Below are positions 36,470 through 49,912 of a DNA stretch of 64,000 bases, piece after piece. Both the position numbers and the translations under genes were made by a program. Below the pieces are notes generated by a model, which ran no database searches, was not told the origin of the DNA, and saw only the letters and a list, made by a program, of their open reading frames with translations. The stretch's first letter is position 1; each line of letters opens with the position of its first letter. The stretch comes from Eledone cirrhosa (Eukaryota): assembly GCA_964016885.1 (NCBI GenBank), contig OZ024741.1, forward strand, positions 309,752,001 to 309,816,000, in the 5' to 3' direction.

Positions 36470-37800
36470 TAAGAGTTCAAATCCCGCCGAGGTTAACTTT
36501 GCCTTTCATCCTTATGGGTTCGATAAAGTAAAGTACCAGTAATGCACTGGGTAATTGCTGGCCTTGTGCCATAAGTAGAAACAATTAATTTAGTTCTAGA
36601 TACATGCTTTGCAGCATAGAGTTATGGCCCTTTGCGTTCTGACTTCAAATCCTGCCGATGTTAACTTTGCCTTTCATCCTTACGGGGTCGGTAAAATAAA
36701 GTACCAGTAATGCACTGGAATAATTGCTGGCCTTGTGCCAAAAGTCGAAACAATTATTTCTGAAAATAATGTGAAGTGGCCATGTCTGGAAAGCCATTGA
36801 TCTGCTTGATCAGAGCTGACCCGGGGCTACATAATAGTAACTGTTAGTAACTCTATATTACAGCACACATACATACAATACATAACACACAGCCACACAC
36901 ATGTGAATACCCCAGATCTCTCTCTTGCTCCCATGCATATACATGGTCAGTTGTTTGTCATTTTTACCTTTTACTGCTTTCTCCCTTTAACGATGAGTTT
37001 AACATTTAACTAGGGAACTTTCACTCTCCCATGTTTTCTTATCCTGCTTCCTTCAATCCAGCCTCATCCTACACTGTTCAGGCAAACCCTAGTATTGCTG
37101 CTTTTTCATATTTTGTTTTTGGTTTTTGCTGTTCTTTATATTATTATCATCATCATCATCATCAACACCATTATTATTATTATTATTGTTATTGTTATTA
37201 TTGAGGGTGGTGGATTGGCAGAATCGGTAGAGCGTCGGACAACATGCTTTAAAGTATTTAGTTACGGCCCTTTACGTTCTGAGTTCAAATCCAGCTGAGG
37301 TTAGCTTTGCCTTTCATCCTTATGGGGTAGATAAAATAAAGCACCAATAATGCACTAGGATCGATTTAATTGGCTTTTCCCTCCTCCAAACTGCTGGCCT
37401 TGTGCCTATAAAAGAAATGATTATTATTATTATTATTAAATTTCTAATTTAAGCATAAGGCATAAGGCCATAATTTGTATCATCATCCCCACCCTCATAC
37501 TTAATTGGTACTTTATTTTATGGACCCCTTTTCCAGGAGGATGAAAACAAAGTTGACTTCAGTGGGATTTGAACTCAGTACTCAGTTAAAAGTTGGAAGA
37601 ATGCTTCGTGGTGTTTGTTCTGGTTCCTTACATTCTGAGTTCAAATCCTTCTGAGGTTAATTTTGCATTTCATTCCTCCAGGGTTGATATATAAAATACC
37701 AGCCAGTTTCTGGAATCAATATAATCAACTTTCCTCTCCTCCAAAATTGTTGGTCTTGTATCTTAATTAGAAACTATTATTTTTGTTATTGTTTATAATT
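36470..37800. mobile_element. Cluster of SINE family 2 copies in both orientations
   Basis: Cores at ~36470, 36600, 37205, 37440 (-) and 37600. Confidence 0.75.
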
Positions 37801-38399
37801 TAAACACAAGGCCAAAAATTTGGGGAAGGGGGAAACATTTTTTTTTTCTTATACATTTTATCTATGAATACACTATTCAATGTTGATTTGAAAGAGATTT
37901 GGGTGTTATTTATAACTGGTTGAGTTCACCTGTTGACTCTGATCCACGTGTTGTTTAGCCCTCAGTCAGTCGTAATAGAGCTATTCTAGCCATGACCATC
38001 CCATCCTTTTTTTAGGCATAGTGTATCTGGGACAACATAACTCAATGTTTCCTTTATTTTTGTTTTTTCTTTTAACGATGGTAGGGTGTGATATGTGGAA
38101 GATATAGTTACACTTTTTAACAATTAATCAGCTTTGTAGTGGATGTCTCATCAACAAAGTATTTTATTTGTTGTTGCTATTGTAGAAAATAGCAGCCTAA
38201 TCTCTTTCAAATCACTGAAAATTCTTTTGGGAAAAATATTCACTGGAATATGGTCAGCAGACATTCTCAAAGTTTAGATGTAAATGTTATGAAGTTCATC
38301 TCTTTTTCAGGATCTAAAACTATGTCAAGGCGGCAAATTAACAGAGTGATTAGAATGCTTTGCAGTGTATGCTCCGGCTCTCTGTGCTCTGAGTTCAAA

Positions 38400-38451
<52 letters not shown>

Positions 38452-39339
38452 GATGTGTGTGTTTGACCTGGATGGGGATGGAATCTGCCAGGCTAAAATG
38501 CTTAAAACATGCTGTACATCACGACAGCACCACCTACAACTAGGGAGAAAAATTCAAAATACTAGATTTATAACAACTGATCCTCACTACGTGAGTGTGC
38601 TTGTTTTTTTTATGCGTATTTAGCTATTACGAGGTCACACTTAAGGAGTTTGTGATTATTGATATTACTGTGATTTTAGTGTTTGTGTGTTCCATAATTG
38701 TTCAGATCAAGTGCAAATAATAACGATTATAACTACTAATGGACCCATAAATGTGCATGGCTTAGTGGTTAGTATGTTGGGCTCACTTAATTGAGCAATG
38801 CATTGTGTCCTTAAGAAAGTCACTTTATTTCATGTTGCTCAGTTCACTCAGCTGGAAAAAATAAGTTGCAACATCACTGGTGCCAAGCTGTATCAGATAA
38901 TATTGGTGGCAAGAGGGGAGACTGGCATGCTTGTGTCTCAGAGAACTTTTTAGGTAGAAACCCATGGTCAGCCATGACCACTTCCTAGTAGACCAGTGCT
39001 GTCAATAATGAAGGTAATATCATAAAACATTTAATTTTTGGAGTACAGGATTAGTCTATCACATATACTAGGATTACTGGATATATGAACAGTCATACAA
39101 ATTGATAAATTAATAGTTTTCATAAGAGAAACCCTATAGTTTATGTTGATTACTGACATACGGAATTCATTAAAGATAAGAATGATATATTAATAATTTA
39201 TTTCGAGAATATAATTATATAAATGTTCAGCATATATATATTGTAGCCTTCATGGTGGTCTGGTGGGTGATACCAGAGATGGTGGAGGTCCTGGTGGTTT
39301 CAATCCTGGTCATGGGTTACATATAAGGTTTCATTTGAT

Positions 39340-39683
39340 GGAGGCACATGGCTTAGTGGTTAGAGCATTGGCCTTGCAATCAAACGGTTGTGAGTTCAAT
39401 TCTCAGACCGGGTGATGTGTTGTTTCCTTGAGCAAGACACTTTATTTCACATTGCTCCAGTTTACTCAGCTGTAGAAATGAGATGATAGGGACTGGGGTC
39501 CATATCATTCCACTGCAAAGTGGTCGTGGAGGTGACACGGCAAAAAAGCACTCAGCACTCACTGTAAATGAGGTTGGTGTTAGGAAGGGCATTCAGCTGT
39601 AGAAATCAAGCCAGAATCAGTTCCCATCCCACCCTTGCAAGCAGGGAAAAGCGGACGTAAAATGAAATGAAAATGAAAATGAT
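39340..39683 (+). mobile_element. SINE family 1 full-length copy
   Basis: Nearly identical to 32620-32970; (aaatg)n tail. Confidence 0.88.
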
Positions 39684-39975
39684 ATATACAAATAAAATAC
39701 TGGATTAGTATGAGTAACTTTGGAAAATCAAGTATTTACAGGGACAAAAATAAAATTAGAACCCAACACCTTGTGACTGGAAAGCAAATTATTTCTTGCA
39801 GCATGCATTATGTGTGTATGTTTGTGTTTGCAAATTTTAAAGAGTTACAGCCATATATATATATATATATATATATAGTGGTGGAACACTGGAAGGTAAT
39901 ATCCGTAGTGGTAGAGCACTCAGTCCATGGGACGAGTTAGGTAGAAGTGGTTACACAACAGTTAGTTCACCATAC

Positions 39976-40013
39976 CGAGAACAATTGTTTCACCTTAGCG
40001 GATCCTCAGCTCG
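39976..40013 (-). ncRNA. Minimal type-I hammerhead ribozyme (3' pLTR)
   Basis: - strand cgag-CTGAGGA-tccgctaaggt-GAAA-caattg-TT-ctcg; stem I cgag/ctcg; palindromic stem III acaattgt. Confidence 0.75.
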
Positions 40014-41985
40014 TAATGGGCATGGTCATAGGAACAGGAAGGACAACCGTACGAACACGCATGCACAGAAACCCGGTCACCTCACACAGGCAATACTAGA
40101 ATGCGTGCGAGAGGTGTAAGGGAGATAACTGCGAAAGTCCGAAATTTTTTAGTTGAAAATAAAATTAGAAGGAATCAGCTTTGTAGTTATGCAATAGGTG
40201 TTTGGCGACGTGTGAAAAATTCATTTCTCGTGTTTAGGGAATCTCTATTGTGTAATCTCTTTAGAATAGTTATTCGTTCGTCAATACGTAAGTCACACGT
40301 CGGATTTCCCCTTGCGTATGGCTTGGACTTAGTGATGGCTTTCCATTGAATGGAGTAGTCTATACTTGAGTCCTTGAGGGACCATACGTGGCTCGCGAGT
40401 TTCGTGGATGAATATCTCTCCGGGTACCTGAAGGTAGACTGGTGGTTCAGGAAACGTTCCTTAAATCGGCACTCCGCCATGCCCACATAGGATTTGACCT
40501 CCTGTGGTCCGTTTGGTCGGATGGAAGTGACCACAGCTTCATAAATTACAGCTGGTGTGTGGCATTGCTGTTGAAGGGAGCAAGCTTCGGGCTTACGGCA
40601 AGAGAACTCTGGTGGGGTGTTGCTCCTAGGGCTGTTGGTGATGTGGGCTTTCATGTTCTTAGCGCAGGAGTATCCTAGTTTAACTTTGTGTCGGTTAAAG
40701 ATGGAGCGGTATTTATGACTATAGGAAAGTGTCTATCTAAGAGGGCTAGAAATTTTTTTCTACATTGGTTTTAACGTTGAGTGAGAAGGGAGGAGAGAAC
40801 CAGATAACTTGTCTATTGTTGGGCTTTCTTTTCTTATTGCTGTTGTTGATAGTGGGAGAGTAAGTGATAGGTTGTGAGAAGCCGCTGTTAGCCAAACACC
40901 GTGTTATAGTAGGGTGCCGCCCTGTCAAAGATAGCCTTATTAGAGGAGAGGTTTGAGATTCTAGTACTGATATTCTTAACGAAGTTTCTAAAAACAGTGG
41001 GAGAGTGGCATGAGTCCTTGTGAATGTAATTGAGTTTCTCGTTTAGCTTATGGAAGGGTCTGTGGGTGTGTGTGCGAAGGTCTAAATTAATGCCTAAGAA
41101 ATCTATGCTAGAGAGGTTGCTGGCTACTGTTATTCTAAGTTCTAACTCATTGAAGGTAGAAGCTAAGTCTTTTTTAAACCGGTCGAGATCGTGACCCCTT
41201 TTATGGCTCAATAAAGTCAGTCCATCGTCGCGGTATATTCCCGTGTGGAAGTCGGGAATCTAACACGTAATATGTCTAAGATAAATAGGCCAACCAAGTC
41301 ACATACGTCAGCACTGTCAAACGATCCCATGGAGACGTCAAATAGGTCTGAAGTTGTAGACTTCTTTGCCCAGGCTACTCCGTCGTTCAAGAGGGGGGTT
41401 TTCCGGCAGTGAGCGATGATTTCCCTGTCTAAACCATCGACGATGGTATAAGTGGTAGCGAAGTCCAACGCTTTGTTTAACAGGGTCTCTGAGATCGACG
41501 GGTAAAAATCAACAATGTCAAACTGTGTGAACTTCGCTTTTTTGGATTTTAAGGAGTTAAACCACTTAATTACGGAGTCGGTGTTCTCCCACTGGGGCAG
41601 GTTGGACTTGGTCCTAATGGTCTTAACTATGTTTCTAAGTATGGCCTTACTGACTAGTCCCATATCTGTGTGTGCCGGGTTTATTAGTCTACATGTGGGG
41701 TTAGAAGTAAAATCTATTCTAAGGAGATTACGCAATAGTAATTGCCTAAACACGAGAAATGAATTTTTCACACATTGTCCACACGTCGCCAAACACCTAT
41801 TGCATAACTACAAAGCACCGGACTGATTCCTTGTAATTTTATTTTCAACTAAAAATTTTCGGACTTTCGCAGTTATCTCCCTTACACCTCGCACGCATTC
41901 TAGTATTTCCTGTGTGAGGTGACCGGGTTTCTGCGCATGCACGTTCGTACGGTTGTCCTTCCTGTTCCTATAACCACGCCCATTA

Positions 41986-42023
41986 TGAGCTGAGGATCCA
42001 CTAAGGTGAAACAATTGTTCTCG
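41986..42023 (+). ncRNA. Minimal type-I hammerhead ribozyme (inverted pLTR; sense to ZFYVE26 pre-mRNA)
   Basis: tgag-CTGAGGA-tccactaaggt-GAAA-caattg-TT-ctcg. Confidence 0.72.
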
Positions 42024-42052
42024 GTATGGTGAACTAACTGTTGTGTAACCAC

Positions 42053-42132
<80 letters not shown>

Positions 42133-42381
42133 TGAGATACATATATACACACACACATCGTTGTTTCTAATACAGTTTTAATGTGATAATAACACATCTG
42201 GATATTTGTTGATAGACATATTTATTTATAGGGTCTTTGTTCATTTGAATGACCAATGGTAATGGTCTATACTTTTCACATGTTTAGGTCTAGTAGTTGG
42301 ATCTGTGTCAATCACATACAAAAGATCATATAATGGTGCATTTTAACAATTCTCTCTCTCTCTTAATTTCAAATCCCTCAG

Positions 42382-42528
42382 CGTTTTTCTGAAGAAAGTA
42401 ACTTGGATAAAGTTCGCTTTGAAGAATGTGCTCACTATCTGGAGACCTATGGAACTTATACTAATGTGGTGGACTTTTTCCGAAGAAATGGACATTGGAT
42501 CCGAGCTATCCAGTTTATTCTTGACCAT
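42382..42528 (+). CDS. ZFYVE26: ZFYVE26 exon (RFSEESNLDKVRFEECAHYLETYG...AIQFILDH)
   Basis: cctcag / CAT|gtatgt; 147 nt. Confidence 0.88.
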
Positions 42529-43224
42529 GTATGTTCCTTTGACAAGATTCTAACATTTTTGTATCTTTCAATTGATTTATTGGTTTTTTTTCTATGTGCT
42601 TATTGATATTTTGAAAGTGAAGGAGGATTTTGTTGGAGGAGATTTTCTAAGTCTAGGTACACTCTGTAGAGGAACATATGTAAGTGAAATGTACCTCCAG
42701 CCCACCTGAGAGGTCAGTGGCGCCAACTAAGTACTGACTTGATCTATGACAACCCGTCCAACCCTTGTTAGTAGGGAAAATGGACATTAAATGATTATGA
42801 TTAGTCAGTAACATTTTGTTTTAAAAATATGTAACCAAAAAAAATGTATTTATTTTTTATATGTTGCCTGTTTTATTATTGTGTTTATGTTGTTACAGCA
42901 CACATATGTAAATTTAGTTGTTCTCCTGCAAAGATGCATCTCATAAGAGGTCTTTTTGCTGCTTTAATGACATTGGCACCAATCCTATCATGTCACTATT
43001 TTTCTAGTGACAAAAAGTACGGTATGCAATCAGAACAGATACCGAAAGGCATCCCATCCAACCCCATAACAATTCTGTCAATTCATCACTCTGGACTGGT
43101 ACTTTATCAGCTCCATAAGGATGAAAGACAAACTTGACCTCAGCTGGATTTGAAATCTGAGTGCAGGGAGCTGGAACAAATATTGCAAAGCAATCTAGAT
43201 ACAGAATAAGCAGATTGTCAGAGG

Positions 43225-43345
43225 CACTGGTGTTACCAGAGGGACTGGGGTTGCCAGAAGGACTGAGGTTGCCAGAGGGACTGAGGTTGCCAGAGGGAAC
43301 TGGGTTGCCAGAGAGACTGGGGTTGCCAGAGAGATCAGGGTTGCC
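43225..43345. repeat. 18-bp GC-rich minisatellite
   Basis: gactggggttgccagagg x ~6.5, at the end of a - strand SINE. Confidence 0.85.
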
Positions 43346-43856
43346 ATGTTGCATCCACAAATGGATATATTTGTGTATATGTAAGGATTGCCTGTAGGCT
43401 GGTTCTAATTTACTATGATATTCAATAGGGTTCTTACCTTTAAAACTTAAAATGTTTCGCGCTTGGTTTAAAAATTAACATGAAGAAGACTGTGGTGATG
43501 TAGCAGCCAGCACCAGCAAAAACATATGTAGAGCCAGACATCATATGTCTGTCTCTATGATCAGAAACTCTGGTTTATGTATCTCGGCAGTCTCTTAAAC
43601 ATATCATGCAGCCTTGACAAAGCTAATGATGCCTTCGGAAAGTGGGAAAAGCAACTATGGTCCCAGTGTAGACCAAATTAAAAGCAATAGTAGTATGCAG
43701 TCTTAAAATGTAGCACAATCTGCTACACATAGTCCAATGTGGCAATCTTGAGCAGGATAGAAAGTGATCATTCATAGACGCAGCACTGAACACACATAAA
43801 GAAGCAATAAACACCACAACACAGTGTTTAATCTTGGTCTCATTTCATTGTCACAG

Positions 43857-44054
43857 CAAAGTAGTCCGGATGTGTTTGAAGAAAGTTTGCTGATTCCTGC
43901 CTTGAAGTCTGGCAATCTGCGTACCTTGCTTGACAAGATGCTCGCCATCGACACGACACTGGAAAAATGGAATGCTTACTTTACCAGTGCCTGTCGCTAT
44001 CTTCTGAACCATAAGCTATATCATGTCCTTTACGAAGTCCAGCTTTTCATGAAG
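43857..44054 (+). CDS. ZFYVE26: ZFYVE26 exon (QSSPDVFEE...IDTTLEKW...YHVLYEVQLFMK)
   Basis: tcacag / AAG|gtttgt; 198 nt; LYExQxFMK motif. Confidence 0.93.
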
Positions 44055-44139
44055 GTTTGTATATAATAGATATAATATATTATAATGTGAGTACTACATT
44101 CAAGAGGCTGTGAGTTTCATAGACATTGACAAGGACACA

Positions 44140-44580
44140 TCATCATCATCATCATCAACGTTTAACGTCCGTGTTCCACGCTTGCATGGGTTTGGACGGG
44201 GGTATTCCCACTTGAGGCAAGAGTGATTGTCTTGCTCGCATAGGACTGTCTGGCAGGTTTTCTACAGTTGGATGCCCTTCCTAACACCAACCACATTTAC
44301 AGTGTGGGTCTGGGAGGTTTTTACCGTGTTGCCTACACGGCCACATTACAGCGTGGACTGTGTGTTTTTTTGTCGTGACACCTACACGATCTCATTTGTT
44401 TCGGCCTGGATGGCGTGGCACCGACATAACTTTACATAGAAGGGGGTGGGGGGGGGGTTATTTTGTTAGAGATGCCTACTGGCTGTAGTAGGTTTTACTA
44501 TGTATTTAGGTAAGGCGGGTCTTCTCTGTTACTGAGTACCGCCAAAGGTCTCGGTCCAGTGACATTGTCTTGGAGAGGTG
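44140..44580 (-). mobile_element. RTE subfamily C 3' end
   Basis: Homologous to 33020-33550. Confidence 0.75.
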
Positions 44581-45308
44581 TTTTCCATATTAAGAAGTTA
44601 TATGTGTGCCAAAATGCACATACAACTTACTTCTTATAATGAAGACTATGTGCCTTTATCAATAATATTTATGAAACTGATAGTTTCTTGAATGTACTAC
44701 TCATGCCATTTATTAAAATATATAAATTACCTATATGTTTATAGCTTGAGGGTTGATTCTTTCATAATATGGAATTTCACTCAAGTTAGAGAATCATTCA
44801 GTTGTGTTAAAGACTTGACAACATCTCGAGTGCTAGTGTCACAATAAAATGAGCTCTATACTGTGTGGGACCATATATAATTGAGATGTGGATCCCCGGC
44901 CTGTCTGGGAGGTCAGTAGCACTATTTAAGTACTGTGTTATCACATTTGAGAGGTATAATTGTGCAAGATCAGCTTTTATCGCTTCATCCCAAGCTTTCC
45001 TAGGTCTTCCTCTTCTATAGTTTCCTTGAACTTCAATCGCCCTGCTGCTTTTTATACAGCTGTCATTTTCCATGCACATCATATGTCCATACCACTGTAA
45101 CCTCCATATAAGCAAGACATAGTGACCTGACCTGACTTGTCTCATAATGTGACAACCTGTCTAACCCATGTAACCATGGCAAATAGACGTAAAATGGTGA
45201 TGAAGATTTTATATATATATATATTATCATCATCGTCGTTTAACATCCAAATATATATATAACATTCCTGATGATTTCATACGAATGAAATAGTTCTAGC
45301 TCTGTAGA

Positions 45309-45439
<131 letters not shown>

Positions 45440-45485
45440 GTTATAGGAATAACCAAAGAGTGCTTAGAAATACATTGTTTTATTA

Positions 45486-45530
45486 GCTAACAGTGTTTCA
45501 TCCATACACCATGGCAGGAATCATCAGAGC
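45486..45530 (-). ncRNA. Candidate type-I hammerhead ribozyme in a TA-flanked Penelope-like remnant (45440-45985)
   Basis: - strand gct-CTGATGA-ttcc...ggat-GAAA-cactg-TT-agc; stem I gct/agc, stem II tcc/gga. Confidence 0.6.
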
Positions 45531-45985
45531 CTATAAACATGAGTATATCAGTAGTTGCATGTTCCATCGAGCTGCGTCACCAGAACAAGGTTAAAGGAGC
45601 AGCAGGGGATTCCAAGGCCAGCGCTATATGGAAAAAGACAGAATACATGATGCACATGTCATAAAATGTCTTAAAAATTTAAAAATTAAAAATTACACCA
45701 AAAATTTATCACTTAAATGGTGCAATAGATGATAAAGAGGTTGGGAGAGGGTAGCAAGGGATGAGTGAGGGTATTACTCAGCATGATCAGAAACAATAAG
45801 AAAATAAGAAAAAAGTACAAAAATACAGGGATAAGAAAAGAGATAAATATAAAAATACAAAACAATAAAGGAACAAAAAGCCCGGAAACCCCCCCCAAAA
45901 TATAAGACAAAGCAAAGCATAGATGCATGAAAGCACAAGCAGTGCAAAAAGAGGGTGTGCAGGCAGATCAAGAGAGTTTGCAAGC

Positions 45986-46047
<62 letters not shown>

Positions 46048-46143
46048 CATAAATGTAAAATATGCAAATAATGTTTTTAAATTACTTTCATTTTTATTTT
46101 TTATTTTATGTGATAATTTATTTTATTTTATTTTTTTTTGCAG

Positions 46144-46418
46144 GATTTCATTCGAGCTTCAATGACTTGTACTCGATATTTCTACTTAGGCTCTGGACAG
46201 AGTTATGGTGACTTGGCATCTGGTATACAATGCTTGTATGAAGCTGAGAAACACCTACACTCTTATCTTGAACACTCCCAATGGGGAAATGTGCCAAAGC
46301 CACAGTTTTTAGCCAATTTATCCCCTGGTGCTACACCACAAAAGAACTCATCAGTGATGTCTGCAGAGATGGAAGAGACAGCTGTTCGACTGAATAAAGT
46401 ACCATCTGAAGTGCAAAA
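46144..46418 (+). CDS. ZFYVE26: ZFYVE26 exon (DFIRASMTCTRYF...VPSEVQ)
   Basis: T-tract + gcag acceptor, AA|gtaagt; phase 0-2; DxxRAxMTC motif. Confidence 0.92.
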
Positions 46419-47223
46419 GTAAGTGACCTTTACTCCAAACACTTGCTTTTTGAATTTAAAAATGTCTTTCAGAAACTATCAAGCCAATGAGGGCGTCATT
46501 ACACAGTTGTTTGGCTGATTAGAAATAGTAGCTAAATCTTCCTCAAATCACACTCTATTGTCTTAAAAAGTGAAAGGCACATGTGACAATGTAGTTCTGA
46601 TATACAAAAAGGTGAGATGATAACGACTGGAATACATTCAATTATATGTCTGTTAATTAGCTCTGACCTTAGGCTAGACAACAACAACAAAGAAGACTTT
46701 GGATGATGTAGTTCACTGTCTGAAAAGAAAAGACTTAAGATAGTCATGTATGAAACACTTTAAATTAGGGTTGACATTGGCTATATAAAAACAAATTTAT
46801 TTTATTTTGGTAAATTATTCTATCAGTAAACAAAAATAAGCTTTGGTAGCTAGTACCCTATTCTTTAGAGCAAGGAATATAGGACTTTTAACATAGAATA
46901 AAGGGTTCTGTCTATCAACAAGTGTTGATGACTGTAGTGTTGGTGCCATAATAAAAGACACCCAGTACACTCTGTTAAGTGGTTGGTATTAGGAAGGGTA
47001 TCTAACTAGAAATTACACAAAAAATTGGAACATGCAAGTGAGAGTCTATCTAACCTGTTTAGCAAGGCAGTAACTCCAAATAAGAACTGACATAGATTGT
47101 AACAACTCATCGAACCTATGCCAGCATGGTAAGCAGACATAAAATGATGATGATAATAATCTTATCAACAACTCCTCTAAAATGTTTTTAAAATGTATTT
47201 TTCTTTTTGATTTTTCTCTTCAG

Positions 47224-47395
47224 ACAAATTCTTCGAATCAGGTTGCAAATTGAAGTTACCAAATTCTTGGAAGCCTGTCTGAACAAAGCTGATAGTTCTG
47301 CTGCTAATGTTGCTGCCAGTTACTTGGCATCCCATAAATATGGAGCACCAACCCTTTTTGGAAATATTCAGATCCGCATGGACTTGGTCACAATG
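47224..47395 (+). CDS. ZFYVE26: ZFYVE26 exon (QILRIRLQIEVTKFL...PTLFGNIQIRMDLVTM)
   Basis: cttcag / ATG|gtgaga; phase 2-0; LQxEVTxFL and PTLFG motifs. Confidence 0.92.
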
Positions 47396-48079
47396 GTGAG
47401 ACAAAAGAAAAAATATTTTTTAGTTAACAAAAATCAATCATTTTACAAAGTTTTGAGCAAATTTATATTTTGAAAGTTGCCATGTCGTCTAGTTTTTAGA
47501 ATAGATAAGACATGACTAAAGGGTTGGTGTCAAGAATGGCATCTGGCTATAAGACATTGTCTCAAAGCATCTCATGTATGCCAATAAGGAAATATGGATG
47601 AAAAAACGATAATCATGATCTTAGCTAATTGTAAGCTGTTACAATGCAGGTTTTAACTGAAAATATGGACAACAATACTGTCAATTCATTTCTGTTCCAA
47701 GGAGTTTATATGTCCAACTTGTTCAACTAGGTTGTAGCAGCTTACAATAAATTAACATCCTTTCAAAATTAGAATCTTTAGTTTTAAATTTGTTTTATGA
47801 GTCTAGTTTTATTTTACCTTACACATTAATTTAATGTGTGTGTGTATGTATGAAAGTGGGTAGACAAAATCTATTTGGAAGCCCATTGGATGGACTGTAT
47901 GTTATTAAAAAAGCCAGCTTTGTTTTACCCTGTGGCCACTCTGAGTTTCCTTGTTATGGGTACACATGTTTGTGAAATAATCAGCAGCTTAAACATTAAT
48001 TTAACAATTAGGCGATATTGTTGACTAAAAAACTGTTGCATCATCATAAAAACCGAAGGAGGTCCATTTATTTTTTCTT

Positions 48080-48600
48080 TCATCATCATCATCATCGTTT
48101 AACGTCCATCTTCCACGCTAGCATGGGTTTGGACGGGAATTTTCCCACTTGAGGCAAGATTGGTTGTCTTGCTCGTATAGGACTGTCTGGATGCCCTTCC
48201 TAACACCAACCACGTTTACAGTGGGGACTGGGAGGTTTTTATCGTGTTACCTACACGGCCACATTACAGCGTGGACTGTGTGTTTTTTTGTCGTGACACC
48301 TACACAGAGCACCCTCCACCACTGCTGATTTTGTCACCCAGGTAACGGAAGGTGTCCACTATTTCTATAGAACCATCTGTGCAATGGAATGGGCTAGTAT
48401 TCTGTGGGCACTTGCTGCTACTTATTGCACCGGAGCACTGGCCACATATAAAATCTATATTCTTAGTTAGCTTACCTGTGATCCCACTACATCTTTTATG
48501 CACCCATACTTTGCATTTGGGACATAAAATGAAGTTTCTGCCTACTCCTTTCCTACACACTGAGCATGGCCATTTCCCAGATGGGACCAGTGCCCTATTT
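48080..48600 (-). mobile_element. RTE fragment: PHD region joined directly to subfamily C tail (internal deletion)
   Basis: CRKGVGRNFILCPKCKVWVHKRCSG...FICGQC...VDTFRYLG, then 3' UTR. Confidence 0.85.
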
Positions 48601-49009
48601 ATGTCTGTTAAGTGTATATGTTCACAATTTTTTAATTACAAAGTGTCTAGAGGACTCTTCAATTGTCTTAAGAGTACAGCAACCTCACTAGTGTTGGTTA
48701 TCTACACAATACACCCAGTACCCACTCTCAAGTAGTTGGTGACGAGAAGGGCATCCAGTAAAGATAATTTATCAAAGGCTCAGGAGGAATCTTCAGCTGT
48801 TTACAAGACATGACAATCTCCTTAGTGTTGGTGCCATGATAAAATGCACTTGGTAGAGCATGAGAATGTATGTAAGCAAGATGTAGGCCTCCAGCCCCTC
48901 TGAGCGGTCACTAGTTCCATTTGAGTACTGACTTGTTATGTAAAGAACTGTCCAACCTTGCTAGCAGGGAAGGCAAACGTTAAATGGTGATGATGATGAT
49001 GCTGATAAG

Positions 49010-49182
49010 CAGTGCCGGATTTAGGACAAATGAGGCCCTGTGTTAGTTAACTTATGAGGCCCCTTACTTGGGCCCTGAAGGAGGTAAAAAAAATTTTTTG
49101 CCAGGAAGATGACCCCCATCCCTTCCTGGCCAATGGGGCCCTGTGCTTAAGCACACCTAAGCACAATGGTAAATCAACACTG
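49010..49182. mobile_element. hAT-type MITE
   Basis: TIR cagtgccggattta / taaatcaacactg; 8-bp TSD ctgataag / atgataag (7/8 match). Confidence 0.72.
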
Positions 49183-49720
49183 ATGATAAGTGTTAAAAAA
49201 TCTTATGATGTCCTAATTTTTATTATAGTAACAAAACAAAAGCATGTCTATGCACTGAATCTCTAATTTCATGTAATTGTGAAAGTATTGAGAAACTTGC
49301 CTGCATCCTATTTTTAATTTAGAAAATGCTTCTTTAGTGCAGAGCACTAACTTTAAACATCTATTGCCATAAGCTTACAAATTACTCACTTATTTTGTGC
49401 AATTGCATTTCTTTTGTATACAAAAGCAGCTGAGGTATCCATAAAAGGAGCTCTATGAACACATCAAATATCTCATTAAATGTAGTTGATAGCCTCCATA
49501 TGGAATGACCTGTTACCTAGGTTATCCATGTCTGGAATGACCATATGTCTGCTGGATATGGCTTCATCTGGGATCAAACAATAACAATGACACAAAACGT
49601 TTTTTAGTATTATCTAATGCTAATTTTTAACATTGGCACAAGGCCGCACGGAGGCAGAGTATAGTTTATTAAATCAAACCCAGTATTGTTCTTATATTTT
49701 ACTTTATCAAGCCATGTAAG

Positions 49721-49912
49721 TAGGGCTGGATTAACCATTAAGCAAAATTATCACATGCCTAGAGCATCAAAAGAAGACAGGCACCATTTCATTCAAATTA
49801 AATGTATTTGTCATTCCCCCAAAAAATATTTTTTGCAAATTTTATATATGGAGGTGGGAAGGTACCATAATCTTTTATGTGCTAGGACCTCAAAAGGACT
49901 TAATCCTGCCTA
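49721..49912. mobile_element. Probable hAT-type MITE nested in a SINE
   Basis: TIR tagggctggattaa / ttaatcctgccta; TSD not clear. Confidence 0.5.

Larger units (their letters stand above)
39878..42056 (-). mobile_element. Penelope-like element (RT + C-terminal GIY-YIG endonuclease), 5'-truncated, with inverted pLTR
   Basis: - strand frames: QFDIVDFYPSI, MGSFDSADVCDLVGLFIL, IDFLGINLDL, YIHKDSCH, WFSPPFS, VIYEA...YVGMAECRFKERFLNH (GIY-YIG), CDL. Inverted repeats 39943-~40270 / ~41713-42056; (TA)n on both flanks; several frameshifts. Confidence 0.9.

Noticed and set aside
43004-43397. ORFs with repeated PSGNLS / GLPEGL peptides
   Set aside because: Translation of an 18-bp minisatellite attached to a SINE; no splice signals linking it to the gene.
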